This document shows positions 50,067 to 61,071 of a DNA stretch of 64,000 bases, piece after piece. Positions within the stretch are counted from its first letter, which is position 1, and each line of letters opens with the position of its first letter. The notes under the pieces were generated by a model, which did not search any database, was not told the DNA's origin, and worked only from the letters and a program-made list of their open reading frames with translations. The stretch comes from Candidatus Latescibacterota bacterium (GTDB lineage: Bacteria; Latescibacterota; UBA2968), in NCBI GenBank assembly GCA_965198115.1, contig OZ240241.1, positions 4,160,001 through 4,224,000 on the forward strand, written 5' to 3'. The position numbers and the translations under genes are program-made.

Positions 50067-51222
50067 GCTTCCACTCCTCTGGCAGATAAACGTGGAACGC
50101 GGACCCTTTCTCCGGCTCGCTCTCCACCTCGAGCCGCCCGCCGTGCTCTTGGACGATTCCGTAGCTGATGGCAAGGCCTAGGCCGGTCCCCTTCCCGACT
50201 TCTTTTGTCGTAAAGAAGGGGTCGAACAGACGATCCATATGCTCTCTCGGGATTCCCGTTCCGTCGTCCTCCACCGAGATGCGCACCCACCGCAGGGATC
50301 CTTCTGAGACTGATTCTGTGCGAACAGTCAGCCGCCCCCCCTCGGGCATGGCATCCATCGCATTGTTGATCAGGTTGAGCATTACCTGCTCTATCCGCGT
50401 GGTATCGAACTCCGCGATCGGCAGGTCGGCATCCAGGTCTACGCGTATCTCGATCTTGCGGTTCTTGATCACGTTCTCGATCAACTCGATGGCGCTCCTG
50501 ACCGTGACATTCGCATCGGCCGCCTGCGGGTCGAACGGAGACTCTCGGGAGAACGCCAGTAGGCCCGACGTGATCTGGGCGACCTTCTCGCATTGCCGCT
50601 GGATTACTTCGATGTCTTCGATCACCTCGGGTGGACAGTCTTCTTCCTTCGCTGCCCGCATCAGACTGGCCGCCCGCATGAGGATGATACCAGCAGGATT
50701 GTTGATCTCGTGCGCGATGCCCCCGACAAGTTCGCCCAGGGATGCCAGCTTGGAGGACTGGATCAGCTGCTCCTCCAGCCGCTTTCGTTCTGCGATGTTT
50801 CGAACAATGCCCGTGAAGATGCGTGCGCCGTCACGCGTAAACTCCGTCACGGCCAGATCCATCGGAAACGTAGACCCATCCTGCCTCCGCCCCTGGACCT
50901 CCCGGCCCTTCCCGATGATCTGGGCCTCCCCGGTCTCCAGGTACCGCGAAACATATCCCTCGTGCTCCGACCGATACGGTTCCGGCATCAAGATGTTGAC
51001 CGGCTGGCCCGTCACTTCGGCCGCTTCGTAGCCGAAGATCTCCTCGGCAGCTCTGTTGAAAGACTGAATCTTGCCGTGTACATCGATGGTGATGATCCCG
51101 TCCAGGACGCTATCGAGCTGGGATTGGAGCCACCCCTCGCCTTGGCTCTGGTTGGATTCCAGGTCCTGGATGCGTTTGTTCAACGCTTCGATTTCGCGCT
51201 TTATGGATTCGGACTTCGACAC
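50059..51222 (-). CDS. PAS sensor histidine kinase, FixL-like heme-PAS
   Basis: ILMPEPYRSEHEGYVSRYLETGEAQIIGKGREVQGRRQDGSTFPMDL; AHEINNP; NAMDAM; DDGTGI; FFTTK..GTGLGL. Confidence 0.9.
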   Translation of the reverse strand: MSKSESIKREIEALNKRIQDLESNQSQGEGWLQSQLDSVLDGIITIDVHGKIQSFNRAAEEIFGYEAAEVTGQPVNILMPEPYRSEHEGYVSRYLETGEAQIIGKGREVQGRRQDGSTFPMDLAVTEFTRDGARIFTGIVRNIAERKRLEEQLIQSSKLASLGELVGGIAHEINNPAGIILMRAASLMRAAKEEDCPPEVIEDIEVIQRQCEKVAQITSGLLAFSRESPFDPQAADANVTVRSAIELIENVIKNRKIEIRVDLDADLPIAEFDTTRIEQVMLNLINNAMDAMPEGGRLTVRTESVSEGSLRWVRISVEDDGTGIPREHMDRLFDPFFTTKEVGKGTGLGLAISYGIVQEHGGRLEVESEPEKGSAFHVYLPEEWKLV

Positions 51223-51438
51223 GGGAGTGTCCTCGCTGAGCGAGTAATATACCAAACTGTAGTCGAGCCGGTGAACACACCGACCGTCCTCTCTGAGGGT
51301 TCTCGAATCATCCGATCGCCGATCGGCCGAACCGTGCACAGGTGGTCTACACGTTCGATCCGAATCCCCTTGATGGACGCACCAGAATGGTTCACCATTC
51401 GTTCAGTGGACTCTATCCCAATTCGCAGGTGGACCCTC

Positions 51439-52566
51439 TTGAAGCTGCTCAAGTCAGAGCCTTTTCGCGTTCTGTTTCCAATCGGCGCGGCAGCCGGTTT
51501 CGTCGGCGTGGCGCATTGGGGATGGTACTATTCAGGTCTGATCGAGACCTACTCCTGTAACTACCACGGCCTGATGATGATCCAGGGGTTTGAGGGGGCC
51601 TTCGCCGCGGGCTTCATCCTGACCGCCGTTCCCCGCTTCCTCGACGCACGTCCTGCCGCCTTGTGGGAGGTCATCCTCGCCCTTTTTCTCATCGTCCAGA
51701 CAACCGTGCTCCTACAACTGGACAGCTGGGCAACGGCTCAGGTCTGCTTTGCCCTCGTCACACTCCACCTATTGGTCTTTTGCCTCCGTCGTTATGCGTC
51801 GCGCGCCGATTCGCCGCCCGCTTCGTTCGTATTCATTCCCGTCGGTCTTGCCCTCGGGTTCATCGGCACCGTACTCGTCGTCTTTCCGATCCAGGGCTTC
51901 GTTAAGCTAGGTCATCGGCTCCTCGAGCAGGGCATGTTCGTCTGCCTGCTCCTGGCCTTCGGCGCCTACCTGGGCCGACGACTCGTAGACGGGGTAGCCG
52001 CCGAATCCCTCGAGTCGGATCCCACGAAGAAGGTCGACTTCAAGCCCGGATTCGTCCTGGGCCTCTTCCTGATCGGGTCGTTCGTCCTCGAGTCCGGGTG
52101 GACCGAGGGTGGAGGCCGCCTCATACGAGCAGCCGTCCTCACGCGCTTCTTCGGCCAGGCACTACCGATCTTCCGCCTGCCGGGCGAACGTCGTTTCTCG
52201 AGCTGGTCCCTCTGGATCGGTTTCTGGTCCGTCCTCATCGGGCAGTGGCTTGCCGGTTTGTTTCCAGACTACGAAGTCGTTGCACTACACTTCACGTTCG
52301 TGGGTGGCTTCTCGCTCATCACGTTCGTCATCTCCACACGTGTTGTTGCCGCTCATTGCGGTCCCGAGTCCATCTGGCAGGGAAAAGCCCGGCCGCTCAA
52401 AGCGATCGGGCTTCTGGTACTGTTCGCCCTCGTGGGACGCGGAATCTCCGACTTCTTAGAATGGTACTACTTCGGGATGCTGCACGTCGCTGCGGGGTTT
52501 TGGATGATGGCGGCTCTCGTCTGGCTCGTCGCATACGGCCGGCGCGTTTTCTGTATCGCCGATTGA
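51439..52566 (+). CDS. nnrS: NnrS family protein
   Basis: PFRVLFP, YHGLMMIQGF..AAGFILTAVPRF, ALHFTFVGG..STRVVAAH. Confidence 0.8.
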   Translation: MKLLKSEPFRVLFPIGAAAGFVGVAHWGWYYSGLIETYSCNYHGLMMIQGFEGAFAAGFILTAVPRFLDARPAALWEVILALFLIVQTTVLLQLDSWATAQVCFALVTLHLLVFCLRRYASRADSPPASFVFIPVGLALGFIGTVLVVFPIQGFVKLGHRLLEQGMFVCLLLAFGAYLGRRLVDGVAAESLESDPTKKVDFKPGFVLGLFLIGSFVLESGWTEGGGRLIRAAVLTRFFGQALPIFRLPGERRFSSWSLWIGFWSVLIGQWLAGLFPDYEVVALHFTFVGGFSLITFVISTRVVAAHCGPESIWQGKARPLKAIGLLVLFALVGRGISDFLEWYYFGMLHVAAGFWMMAALVWLVAYGRRVFCIAD

Positions 52567-52569
52567 ACG

Positions 52570-53067
52570 CTACGCCCGCAGGCCGACCGGCACGCAACCC
52601 AGAGCGATCTCCTCCTCGAGCAGTGCTGCCACAACATCCACTTCGTCCTCCCCGAATCGGAACGGAAGACTCGCGACCACGCGGCCTCGTGGATGTGAGT
52701 CCCTCGACGCGCCGGCGGCGTCGTGCACTTCGATACGGGGCAACGCATACCAGTGAAAGCCCTCGGCCAAAACGAGGTCGGCGTCGGGAAACAGCCACGC
52801 GGCAGCTTCTCGCGGGTCCGGCTCACCATCCCTAACAAGGGCGAAACCCTCGGGTCCGATAACGGCCGTGCCCATCGATCCTGCCCGCCGATGTCGCCAA
52901 CTGTCTTTGCCGGGTCGATCGACGTCAAACGCGCAATGACAATGTTTCAGCGTCCCCACTCGGTACCCTCGAGTGACCAACTCCTGAAGCAGACGTTCGA
53001 TCGCGGTCGTCTTGCCCACATTCTTGTAGCCGGTCACCGCAACGACCGGCGGCACACGTGCGTTCAC
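52570..53067 (-). CDS. mobB: Molybdopterin-guanine dinucleotide biosynthesis protein B
   Basis: VTGYKNVGKTT, LKH, DRPGKDSWRH, DLVLAEGF. Confidence 0.92.
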   Translation of the reverse strand: MNARVPPVVAVTGYKNVGKTTAIERLLQELVTRGYRVGTLKHCHCAFDVDRPGKDSWRHRRAGSMGTAVIGPEGFALVRDGEPDPREAAAWLFPDADLVLAEGFHWYALPRIEVHDAAGASRDSHPRGRVVASLPFRFGEDEVDVVAALLEEEIALGCVPVGLRA

Positions 53068-53120
53068 AGGGTTCCCTTTCTCTGATTCGGTCGATCGACT
53101 GGTCCTGCAACATCACCTGA

Positions 53121-53987
53121 TCAGCTTTGGGCGACAGGGTCGAAGGGTCGGTCCTCCGAAGATGAAATGCCACCCTCAGGTCCTCCGCCAGCGAGTTCGC
53201 ACGCCGCGCAGGTCATCTCCGGTTCGTCCTCGGCGTGATTCGGCGACACCAATTCTTTCGGCGCCGGAATGCCCAGCCACCCACGCTCGAAACTGACGAA
53301 TGCCGCCAGCGCTTCAGACAGAGCACCGTGGAATGTGCTTGTCGTCGACGGTTGGCTCCCCTCGGACTTCTTCCGTAACGCGGTGCAGAACGCCGGCACC
53401 CACCAACTCAAGTGATCGGTCAGAAAGTGTTCCTGCCCGTCCGCACAGACACCTACGTGTTCCTCCGCCTCGGGACCGCCCTTTCCTACCGCCAAACGCA
53501 TCTTCCCGATCAACCACGCCATAAACTCCAACTCGAGTGACACATGATCCGGTCGCTCCGGGAAGTCCCGGCCCGACTCAAGCCCAAACGCTGAATAAAA
53601 GCCAGCGACGTCCGCCATCTTGTGCGACCGGTAGATTGAGAACGTCTGCGGGCAATACTCCGTCTCGTAGGGGGGACAATCTTTCGTTAACAGAAACCCG
53701 AAAATGCGGCCGTGGGCTTCTTCTGCTTCGCCGGCTCGGAGATGTCGAAACGCGATGTCCAGCCGGAGATCAGCCAACGGCCTCTCACCCGGCGCCACGG
53801 CGTCCACGGACGCCTGCCCGGCTTCAGCCCTCAGGAAATCTGCCGCCGCGATCGCGGTACGCTGGTAACGGGGGTCGTGCAGAAGACGCCACCGGCCTGA
53901 AGCCGGGTCCGAAGTGGCCTTCGCGAAAAACTGGTAGCACGTCTGCCGTGCCAGCATCATCGTTTCGTTGAATGCAAGCTCATTCAT
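53121..53987 (-). CDS. TorD/DmsD-family molybdoenzyme chaperone
   Basis: CPPYETEY, ADVAGFYSAFGL, ERPDHVSLELEFM, FLTDHLSWW. Confidence 0.9.
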   Translation of the reverse strand: MNELAFNETMMLARQTCYQFFAKATSDPASGRWRLLHDPRYQRTAIAAADFLRAEAGQASVDAVAPGERPLADLRLDIAFRHLRAGEAEEAHGRIFGFLLTKDCPPYETEYCPQTFSIYRSHKMADVAGFYSAFGLESGRDFPERPDHVSLELEFMAWLIGKMRLAVGKGGPEAEEHVGVCADGQEHFLTDHLSWWVPAFCTALRKKSEGSQPSTTSTFHGALSEALAAFVSFERGWLGIPAPKELVSPNHAEDEPEMTCAACELAGGGPEGGISSSEDRPFDPVAQS

Positions 53988-54004
53988 CTTGAAACGCTCC
54001 GTCT

Positions 54005-55309
54005 TCAGATAGAATTCACGTGAGATTTCGGACGCTCGAACGTCGGTTCCTCGACCGTCACCCGAACGACCTCTTTCCCCAGCTTGTTGTAGCCAACGAC
54101 GGTATCGTTGTAGAGCTCCTGTGTTCGTCTCTCTCCCGAAGGCATCGTCACTTCCGCTTCGCCGATCTTCGGTCCCTTCTCGATCGTGTAGCGAAACAAA
54201 ATCTGCTGGGTGGCACGGAACAACTGGAGGACAGCCAGGAGCTCCCTGTCCGGACAGCTATACTGATCCACTGCGTTTCGTACACCGGGCCCGAACATCT
54301 GCTCCAGATGGGTCCTCGGCACCCAACGCGGCGGAATGTAGAACCCATTGGGCTCCGTTCCGAACTGGGGGTAGAGAGGCAACGCCACCTTTCGTTCCCG
54401 AATCAAGTAGTAGAGCGGGCTATCGGCCATCGGTGCCCAGTTCCCGTCCTCTTCCACCTTCACCAGGCCTTGCAGGCGAATTTTACCCACGCACGCCGCC
54501 ATGCACCGCGTCTCTGCGGGCTCACCGTTCGGACTGATCTCCGGGTCCCGCCCCTCGATCCGAGGGTAGCAGGCCACGCATTTCTCACTCACGCGCGTCG
54601 TCGGCCGATACATGGCCTTCTTATAGGGGCAGGCCGCTACGCACTTCCGATACCCACGGCACCGCTCCTGATCTATGAGCACGATGCCGTCCTCTTTGCG
54701 TTTGTAGATCGCCGACCGGGGGCACGCGGCCAGACATCCGGGATAGGTACAGTGGTTGCAGATCCGTTGAAGGTAGAAGTACCACACCTTATGTTCCGGG
54801 AGTTCAACCGAGTGACCCCACTCCCCTTCCTTCATCACTTCACCCGTGGCCGTCTCTTCCTGCATGTTGGGCGCGTCCCAGTCCGAGTCCGCCGGCAAGT
54901 AGCCCAGCACTCGATTCGGACCATCCGCTCCCTGGTGTTTCTCCGCCGCCTCGAAAATCGTTTGGCCATCGAACCGCCCGTTCGGGGCTCCCTTCCCGGT
55001 GCCGTCTTCGCCCTCCCCGATGTCCTGACTCCAGCTTTGTCCCCCGGGATTGGCTTGTTCAAGCAGAGAAAGCAGCTTTACGTCCCAGTTCTGGGGATAC
55101 CCTCCGTAAGGCTTCGTCTCCACGTTGTTCCACCACATGTGCTCTTGGCCCTTCGAAAACGTCCACGTGGACTTGCAGGCCATTGTGCAAGTTTGGCACG
55201 CGATGCACCGGTTGATGTTGAACACGAAGGCGAACTGCCAGCGCGGGTGTGATTCATCGAACGGATACTCCATTTCCCGGCCCAGCTGCCAGTTGTAAAC
55301 AGTCGGCAT
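54005..55309 (-). CDS. nxrB: NXR/NAR beta subunit (Nitrospira/anammox-type NxrB-like)
   Basis: VYNWQLGREM, NINRCIACQTCTMACKSTWT..WWNNVETKPYGGYP, RICNHCTYPGCLAACPR, CRGYRKC, EKCVACYPR, PLYPQFGTEPN. Confidence 0.9.
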   Translation of the reverse strand: MPTVYNWQLGREMEYPFDESHPRWQFAFVFNINRCIACQTCTMACKSTWTFSKGQEHMWWNNVETKPYGGYPQNWDVKLLSLLEQANPGGQSWSQDIGEGEDGTGKGAPNGRFDGQTIFEAAEKHQGADGPNRVLGYLPADSDWDAPNMQEETATGEVMKEGEWGHSVELPEHKVWYFYLQRICNHCTYPGCLAACPRSAIYKRKEDGIVLIDQERCRGYRKCVAACPYKKAMYRPTTRVSEKCVACYPRIEGRDPEISPNGEPAETRCMAACVGKIRLQGLVKVEEDGNWAPMADSPLYYLIRERKVALPLYPQFGTEPNGFYIPPRWVPRTHLEQMFGPGVRNAVDQYSCPDRELLAVLQLFRATQQILFRYTIEKGPKIGEAEVTMPSGERRTQELYNDTVVGYNKLGKEVVRVTVEEPTFERPKSHVNSI

Positions 55310-55323
55310 GATCAACCCTTTCC

Positions 55324-55716
55324 TCAGGCATCCTCGATGTTCAAAACGTCTGCGCCACGCAGACCGCTATCCGGATCCGTGACAGTTACCGTTCTCACAC
55401 TGAACACACCGCACCTGGCCAGAGTCGATTCCACGCGCCGCCGAATGGTTTCCTCTCCCAAGAGACATTTCAACCCGTGCGTCGCCTGATAGAACGGCTG
55501 CTCGAACAGATCCAGAATCTCGCGCTTCGATAGGCCCTGGCGGGCGTATTCTTCAATAAGGCAATCCAGCATGACGAACGGATTCCCGTCGACACGTGCG
55601 GCCGTCGTCTCCATCGGGTCGGCGGGCTCGGCCGGGCGGTTGCCCGGGTGCTCGCGTTCCAGGAATTCCTCCAGGCTTTCACCGTCAGCTTGCGGATCAC
55701 GTTCCATTCCTCTCAT
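55324..55716 (-). CDS. Small acidic hypothetical protein between nxrA and nxrB
   Basis: EPADPME..MLDCLIEEYARQG..ILDLFEQPFYQATH; co-oriented and tightly spaced. Confidence 0.6.
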   Translation of the reverse strand: MRGMERDPQADGESLEEFLEREHPGNRPAEPADPMETTAARVDGNPFVMLDCLIEEYARQGLSKREILDLFEQPFYQATHGLKCLLGEETIRRRVESTLARCGVFSVRTVTVTDPDSGLRGADVLNIEDA

Positions 55717-55789
55717 CCTTTCCGGTTCGCCGCTCTTCCCACAAAAACGCAGAGGCTCATCGAAAGCGAGGCAGGCGGCCATTCAGCCG

Positions 55790-58700
55790 TCAACTCTGCA
55801 CGTGGGTCAGGTCGCCTTGCAGGTAGCGTTGCATCAGTTCGGATTCGTTTCCCGGAGCGTAGCCCGTCGTCCCTGGCTTCCAGACACCTTTTCCGTCCAG
55901 CCCACCCGGTTCGGCCTTCTCCACCCGAACCAGCGTCTCCTTCGGAACCGTGTTCACGCCGTGGTTGTCAACCGCGAAACCGAAAGTAAAGCCCATCGAA
56001 CCCGTCTTCTTATGGAACAACGTGTCGGTCTGATGCATGGGCATCAGCCAGCTTCGAGTGATGCTCTGGTGAGAACCGTAACGATAGTTGGATTGGTAAC
56101 CGGTGTCGGCGGCCAAGGCCATGCCGTCGGGCCGTGTCTCGTGCGCCTTGACCGTGCGCTCCGTCGCGATCCAACCGGTGTGTTTCATGATGGTCATGGA
56201 GTAAGGCAGTGCCGGGTTGTATTTCAGCCGGACCAGGCAGCGGAACGCACGACTGCGATCGTCACCCGCCCGCGCACCCACGAACGGCCGATCTTCCGGG
56301 TTCGCGTCCACATATACGTAGTCGCCATCATTCAGGTCCGCGTCCTTCGCAGCCTGCGGGTTCATCTGAATCTGGCGATCCCCTACACCCGGGTCGCGCT
56401 TGTCTTTGCGGAAGGGATCCCCAAAATTCGTGCTCCAGATCCAGTGCCAGTCCACCGTCGACCATGAAGAGTGAGTCGTGTGGCGGCTCTTGGGCGTTGA
56501 GCAGAAGAATCGGAAGCCCCGCGCCCAGAGCGGATTCACCGTTTCCTTTACCTGTGACCAGGGCATCATCACGTTTCGAACCGTCCGTAGATCGGGGTCC
56601 ATCTCCTCGAGTGGAATGCCGTAGTCTTTGGGCCGCAGGAACGGACTGGTCGACACGATCACGTTGGGCAGGTAGGGTGTGGCCTCGGGACCTTCCCGGT
56701 GCACAATCAGGTTCTCGCCCGTGTCGATGGCTTCGGGCAAGTCGCAATATGCCGACAGTCGTCCGGAATCGGTGTAGAACGGAATGCTATCGTGAATCTG
56801 CTCGTAGAACGCGACACGTGGGTAGGTTCGGAACAGCATCAGCGCCGAGCCGGGCTCACCGCCGTAATCTCCGTGCAGGATCTTGTCTAACTCATAGGGA
56901 CCGTCCTCCCCGCGTGTCGTAGTCGAATTGTCCAGCACGCGCTGGATGTAAACGCGGGCCTTCTTTTCCGTCACGTACTTCCAATAGTCCGCAAAACGCC
57001 GCTCGCCAGTAATCTTCGACAACGAGCGTCCCACCGCCGCGAAGATCTCCGCGTCATCCCGCGAATCGTGCACAGGCTTGATGCCGTTCCCACCCCACAC
57101 CTGGATAAACGGGTTCGAGCACGACCCTCCGAGCTCCAGATCTTCGAACTCCACCCAGGAGTTCGCTGGCAGTACGACGTCCGCATACTCCGCTGAGCCG
57201 GTCCACTCCACCTGCTGGTCAACGATCATGTCAATCTTTGGGAACACGTGTACGATCAGTTGGTAAGCCCATTTCGCCTGGTTGATCAGGTTCGCGTTGC
57301 TGTACCACATTAGCTTTGTGGGCGAGGGCATGTGCGTTTGACCGGTGAATACCTTCCGTCCCTCCTCCGGCGTCTGAACAATCAGCGGCCGATCGCCGTG
57401 GCCCCAGAATGCCACGTCCTCGCCGTAGGTGCAGTTGCGTAGATCGTGCTCCGTGATCCTCGCCTTCTCGTCCAGTACCGGTTTGAACGGGTTTTCGTGC
57501 GCGTATGTCGCTGCGCCGGGGCCTGACCAGGGCGAGCCCTGCAGCAACGCCCCCTTGTAGTTGCCCGCCCACGTGAACACACCCGATCCGTGCTTGCCGA
57601 AATTTCCCGTCAACATCAGTGGCAAGTGACAGGCCCGATTGTGCAACGTTCCGTGGAAGTAGTGATTCGTGCCCTCGCCGTGGTGGAGCGACACGGGGCC
57701 TCCGGCCTGTGTTGTCTCCCAGATGTCTCGTGCCAGCCGCTCCACGAGCCTCGGCTCCGCGCCACTGATCTCGCGTACCGTTTCCAGATCGTAATCCTGA
57801 AGGTGCCGCCGGTACATCTCGTAGACCGGCATCACTTCCACCGCTTCACCCATCACGGTTTCCACACTGAAAGTGCCGGTCAGAGCTGCACTCTCCAGGG
57901 CCTTTGCACCCACCTCATCGCGGCTCACCGCGGCTATCGTGCCGGCATTTTCATCCCACACGACGAAGTCCCCGATCTTCTCGCGCTGTTCCAACGGCAC
58001 CACCTCGGCGTCTCGACGATCCGTCCGTCAGGTTCTGAATCGTGTAGGACGGTCCGCCTTTCAGGTTCTTTAATTGATAGCCCGCGATCACCTCCTCGGG
58101 TCGCAGACGTTCGAGCGTGTCTGTGCGTACGAGAAGAGGAAAATCGGTGAAGGATCGGACGAACTTCTTGTCCACCCAATCGTTGTCCATCAGGATTTTC
58201 GTCACGCCCAGCAGCACCGCCGTGTCCGACAACCCGGGACGGATACCGATCCAATAGTCGGCCTTCGCGGACGGCGCACTGTAGTCCGGCGTGATCACCA
58301 CGATGCGGCCGCCCCGTTCCATCACCTCGTTCAGCCAGTGGCTGTCTGCCATCTTATTCTCGATCAGGTTCTTCCCGATCTGGATCGTCAGCTTCGAGAA
58401 GCGCAGGTCGTTCATGTCCATGTCTGACGTCTGCAACCCGTGAACGAATGGCTGGCCCGGCGCCTGGTCTCCACGCCAGGTGTATTCGGTCCACTCTCTG
58501 CAACCGATGGCGTCCGCCTCGCTCACGTCACGCACGTGGTGGTCGATCAGTCCAGTCATGTTCGCGAAGCGAAACAGCCCGAACTTGCCGACAAGACCGT
58601 GAATCGGCAGGTTCGAACCGATCTTCATCGTCCGCGTGCCGGCGCCTCCCCAGTGGGTCAACATCTCGGGCTCATAGCCGTCAGCTTCCAGTCGCGCCTT

Positions 58701-59312
58701 ACCCTCGTCGCCACTGTAGGTCTTCGCAACCGCAGCATCCCGCGCGCCACGAAGTCCGATGCCTTTTCCCACGACACGCGCACGAACGTGTCGTTTCCAC
58801 GATCGTCAAATTTGTAGCGCGTCCGCAGCGTTGGGTCGTCGGACAAGGATGGGAACCCCGCATCGGCCCAGTCCTTCCATCCCTTCCGAAGGACAGGACC
58901 TTTCAGTCGGTGCGCGCCATACACACGGCGTTGGAACGTGAATCCCTTCGGGCAGGCCCTGGGGTTCCACGCTTGCGTCGCTCGATTGCCATATAGGTCC
59001 CCGACGCGGTCGTGGTCGTAATTCTGCTCCGACCGCACCATCACGCCGTTGCGGACGAAGGCCCGCATGGCGACACATGTGCGTATCGTTGGGCGCGCAG
59101 ATCCACGTGAAGGTCGTATCGAAGTGGTATTGGTCGCGGTAGATCTTCTCCCACCCGCGGCTCGGATAGTGGTCCAGCGGATTGGTCACGTCCACTGGAG
59201 CCAGTCCACCGAGGACGTCCATCGGGCTCGCCAGAAATGCAGCGCCTGCACCCAGGCTCTTCAAGAAGGCGCGTCGGTGCCAGCCTTTCGTGCTATCGTT
59301 CGATTCGTTCAT
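55790..59312 (-). pseudogene. nxrA: NXR/NAR alpha subunit (periplasmic NxrA-like, Mo-bisPGD), three frameshifts
   Basis: Tat RRAFLK; WEKIYRDQY; CAPNDTHMC..EQNYD..WNPRACPKG; WRGDQAPG; GEGTNHYFH; WAGNYK; TPKSRH; YGSHQS; NTVPKE. Confidence 0.88.
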
Positions 59313-59394
59313 CTTCTGGTCTCCATCGCTTCCCGTGGGTTTCTCCCTGAGATCAACACGGCTTGTTCGATCGGGCTATGAGACGCGAAAGGCT

Positions 59395-60933
59395 TCATCT
59401 CTCGATCACCAGGTCGTGCCAGATACTCACTGACTTCTGCCCGTTCCGATCACCGGCGGCGCCATCCCAGATCGCCGCCGACATTCGCACGCCCCGATCC
59501 AACCGCACGTCGCCCTCATCCCGAGCCTTCATTTCCCGTACGAAAGTGACGGTCCACCACCCGTTGTCCCACACGCCCTTACCTCGAACGCTTCGGCGAC
59601 CGGGCTGCTGGCTCGTCAACGTACCGAACCCCTTGGCACGCAGATCCTCGACAGACGAGACGTGATTCGTCCCGGACACCGGATTCCCCGCCACGATACC
59701 CGTCGCATATCCCGGCAGATCCGGGTGTCCGGGATAGGCGTGCTTCGGCATCGCAGGGTGTGAGGCAGTGAGCTGCGGGGGACCGTCCGCCTGATCCCGT
59801 TCCCAGGCCGCTCGCCAGTACCAGATACTCACGTGACTGTCTGGTGTCCCCATCGCAAAAAGCGGTGGATCCGTCTCTTCGCTGAACTGCAGGGCCACAC
59901 CGTCCGTGAACGCCGTTTGCCCAAGCACCGCATCGTCGGCCCCCGCGTCGCGCCACCGCAGCCGTACCGCCAGGCGCTTGCCATCGTGTACGGCACGGGC
60001 CTCCGCCTCGTCTACCCGCTCGTTTCGCCACCAGAGCGGCATCAAGGTCACTCGGGTGGCGGGAATGTCCTTCCACGCCTCATCGGCTTCGGGGAGCCGC
60101 TTCACGCGAAGCGCACGAATCGTACCGGTTGTCATCAGCGCCGCATTGCGCTGCTCGGCTGTCGATAATTCCAGCACGAAACGCACCAGATGCCACGCAT
60201 TGTCCCCGTAGGACCAATCGCTCATGGGCATTGGCGTCCCCGGAAGGCCTGCTACGATGTGACGGTAGACCGATTCGGGATCCGGCCTGCCCTTGTAGAT
60301 CCCGCGTGTGAGATCTCGAGGCCGTGTCGGGAACCCCTCGTTATCGACCTGCTTCTGCTGACCGTCTCCTCTGCCATCGAACCCGTGACATCCCGCGCAG
60401 GCATCCTTGAAAAACGAGGCGGCCAGCTCTTCGTCGCCATCCTGGTGTGGCGGCTCCGGAGGAACGCGAATGACACCGGTGCCCGAAGCGCCTTCGCCAG
60501 GAGGATCGCTCGACGGTGCGATGTCCCAAGGCTCCGCCGCCAGGGACTTGACGTAGTCGACGAGTCCCCATCGCGTTCGCTCAGGCAGATGCCCCCACGA
60601 CGGCATGGCAGATCCCGGCATGCCTCGGGTAAGCGTATCGAACAGGTCCTGATCCGTCGGCACTCGCTCCCACGTCGAGATCAGACGATACCGGGCCACC
60701 ACAAAGTCTCTTGGCTTGGGGTAGAGGAGATAGGCCGCAATGCCATCGCCCCTCCCCTGGTCACCGTGGCAGGCCACGCATTTTGAGACGTAGGTCGCCC
60801 TGCCGAGCTCGACCAGATCAGGGCCTGGTACCGGACGAGGTGGATGCTCAGATGCGGTAAGAGAAAGGCTTTTTAGGAGGATCGAACCAAGAACGAGGAA
60901 GATGACAGCGAAGCAGCGGCGGTCTGAATCCAT
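59395..60933 (-). CDS. Diheme cytochrome c fused to an ethylbenzene dehydrogenase gamma-like domain (NxrC candidate)
   Basis: CVACH..PKPRDF..GMPGSAMP; CAGCH..RPRDL..GTPMP; RAVHDG..LRWRD..FTDGVALQF..FAMG..WYWRA..AIWDG..RNGQKS. Confidence 0.88.
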   Translation of the reverse strand: MDSDRRCFAVIFLVLGSILLKSLSLTASEHPPRPVPGPDLVELGRATYVSKCVACHGDQGRGDGIAAYLLYPKPRDFVVARYRLISTWERVPTDQDLFDTLTRGMPGSAMPSWGHLPERTRWGLVDYVKSLAAEPWDIAPSSDPPGEGASGTGVIRVPPEPPHQDGDEELAASFFKDACAGCHGFDGRGDGQQKQVDNEGFPTRPRDLTRGIYKGRPDPESVYRHIVAGLPGTPMPMSDWSYGDNAWHLVRFVLELSTAEQRNAALMTTGTIRALRVKRLPEADEAWKDIPATRVTLMPLWWRNERVDEAEARAVHDGKRLAVRLRWRDAGADDAVLGQTAFTDGVALQFSEETDPPLFAMGTPDSHVSIWYWRAAWERDQADGPPQLTASHPAMPKHAYPGHPDLPGYATGIVAGNPVSGTNHVSSVEDLRAKGFGTLTSQQPGRRSVRGKGVWDNGWWTVTFVREMKARDEGDVRLDRGVRMSAAIWDGAAGDRNGQKSVSIWHDLVIER

Positions 60934-61071
60934 AAAAGCAGCCTCCAGGATACTGAGATGGATTTCAGGACCCGATGGCATCACCATCGGGAAAGCTTCA
61001 GGGGTCGGTGACTGGGATGGGCGAGGCCCTGGTGAACCCTCGTTGGGATCTCACGAACGTTGCTCCACAAA

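Noticed and set aside
50593-51438. N-terminal extension of the 657-aa plus-strand ORF
   Set aside because: Antisense to the histidine kinase; NnrS similarity begins near 51439
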